Source: a virus (Duplodnaviria; Caudoviricetes). Taken from it: a DNA stretch of 36,891 nucleotides. Position 1 is the first letter of the stretch; every line of letters starts with the position of its first letter. A model generated the notes under the pieces. The model had not been told where the DNA came from, did no database searches, and saw only the letters and a program-made list of their open reading frames with translations. The DNA lies in the IMG/VR virus record IMGVR_UViG_3300032233_001537, positions 1-36,891 of that record; one strand, given 5' to 3'. Shown piece after piece: positions 36,359 to 36,891 of the stretch. A program made the translations under genes and the position numbers.

Positions 36359-36547
36359 TTATAATTGTATCATCCAGTCTGGGTCTTTGTCAAGTGTTGC
36401 CCAGAAGAAGTATTTGCGATTCATGGATGCAACAAACACACGATTGCCATTCTGTTGTTCAATGATAGCATGTGCATCAGAATTCATGAGATTGGCGAAA
36501 CGATTCTTTGCTTTTCTTGATAATGGAGTGATGAATGCGTTTTGCAT
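36359..36547 (-). CDS. Small hypothetical early protein
   Basis: 62-aa ORF downstream of a box and -10 element; TPLSRKAKNRFANLM...YFFW...DPDW. Confidence 0.7.
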   Translation of the reverse strand: MQNAFITPLSRKAKNRFANLMNSDAHAIIEQQNGNRVFVASMNRKYFFWATLDKDPDWMIQL

Positions 36548-36553
36548 GATGTG

Positions 36554-36663
36554 CTCGTCGAGATGTGCATAATCTAGTCGAGATGTGTGTGACTCGTCGA
36601 GATCAATGTGCCACTATGAGAAGTGGCACACCTCGTCGAGTTTCAGAACTGGATCTCGTCTAG
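36554..36663. repeat. Cluster of five CTCGTCGAG(AT)-type palindromes
   Basis: Copies at 36554, 36572 (variant), 36593, 36632 and 36653 (variant). Confidence 0.8.
36608..36629. promoter_or_regulatory. Palindromic early-promoter box, copy 5
   Basis: GTGCCACT-ATGAGA-AGTGGCAC, perfect 8-bp inverted repeat, 31 bp upstream of minus-strand TAGATT (36571-36576). Confidence 0.7.
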
Positions 36664-36789
36664 TGTTGCGCCATTATCTTGACTAGATTCACTACTGTCC
36701 ATCCCATCACACAGTGCATCAAGAATCGAAAGGATGTCGTTCCCATTGTTACCAAGACGAAGTTGAGAAATTAGAAGTTGTTTGGTCAT
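36643..36789 (-). CDS. Small acidic hypothetical early protein
   Basis: Start moved to ATG 36789 (MTKQLLISQLR), with GAGG upstream and a -10 TATGCT at 36827-36832. Confidence 0.6.
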   Translation of the reverse strand: MTKQLLISQLRLGNNGNDILSILDALCDGMDSSESSQDNGATLDEIQF

Positions 36790-36862
36790 TGTTATTTCCT
36801 CAGAGGAGAATTGAAGTAACGAGTGAAGCATAGCACCACGATGATGCCAGTGGAGATGACAC

Positions 36863-36884
36863 CGACCAGTCCGAGAACTGTCAC
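36863..36884. promoter_or_regulatory. Palindromic early-promoter box, copy 6 (degenerate)
   Basis: CGACCAGTCCGAGAACTGTCAC, 30 bp upstream of an extended -10 TGCTATGCT on the minus strand. Confidence 0.5.
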
Positions 36885-36891
36885 AGTGTCG

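Noticed and set aside
35955-36572. Track ORFs 35955-36143 (+), 35970-36188 (-) and 36231-36572 (+)
   Set aside because: They overlap promoters, the candidate RNA and better-supported minus-strand genes.
32101-36891. tRNA genes, integrase or IS element explaining the compositional shift
   Set aside because: No cloverleaf with a T-loop motif, transposase or recombinase was recognisable; promoter and ORF style fits a native phage early region.

Overview
This window is part of a T4-like cyanomyovirus genome; a freshwater picocyanobacterial host is my inference. Nearly all genes are on the minus strand. Positions 1-29.5 kb hold the AT-rich late morphogenesis cluster: gp25, gp6, a giant gp7, gp8, a VrlC-like virion protein, small ORFs, gp13, gp14, gp15, gp16, then the start of the variable gp16-gp17 interval. 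Positions 29.5-32.1 kb hold an accessory cluster: speD, an ATP-grasp-like protein, a basic peptide, a GT-A glycosyltransferase-like protein and an AbrB-like protein. After a sharp compositional boundary near 32.2 kb comes a more GC-rich early region of small, individually promoted ORFs with dense non-coding structure. The notable non-coding elements are: (i) a duplicated ~180 bp module with a palindromic box, convergent promoters and a candidate small RNA with a covarying hairpin; (ii) six GTGCCA..TGNCAC boxes 29-32 bp upstream of -10 elements; (iii) two LysR-type boxes exactly 9 bp upstream of -35 elements; (iv) clustered ATCTCGTCGAGAT palindromes; (v) an AT-rich segment with iterated TATAAAGAAT motifs and two long inverted repeats. 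An unannotated 59-aa NblA-like ORF sits inside the structural operon. All family calls are by eye, without database searches.
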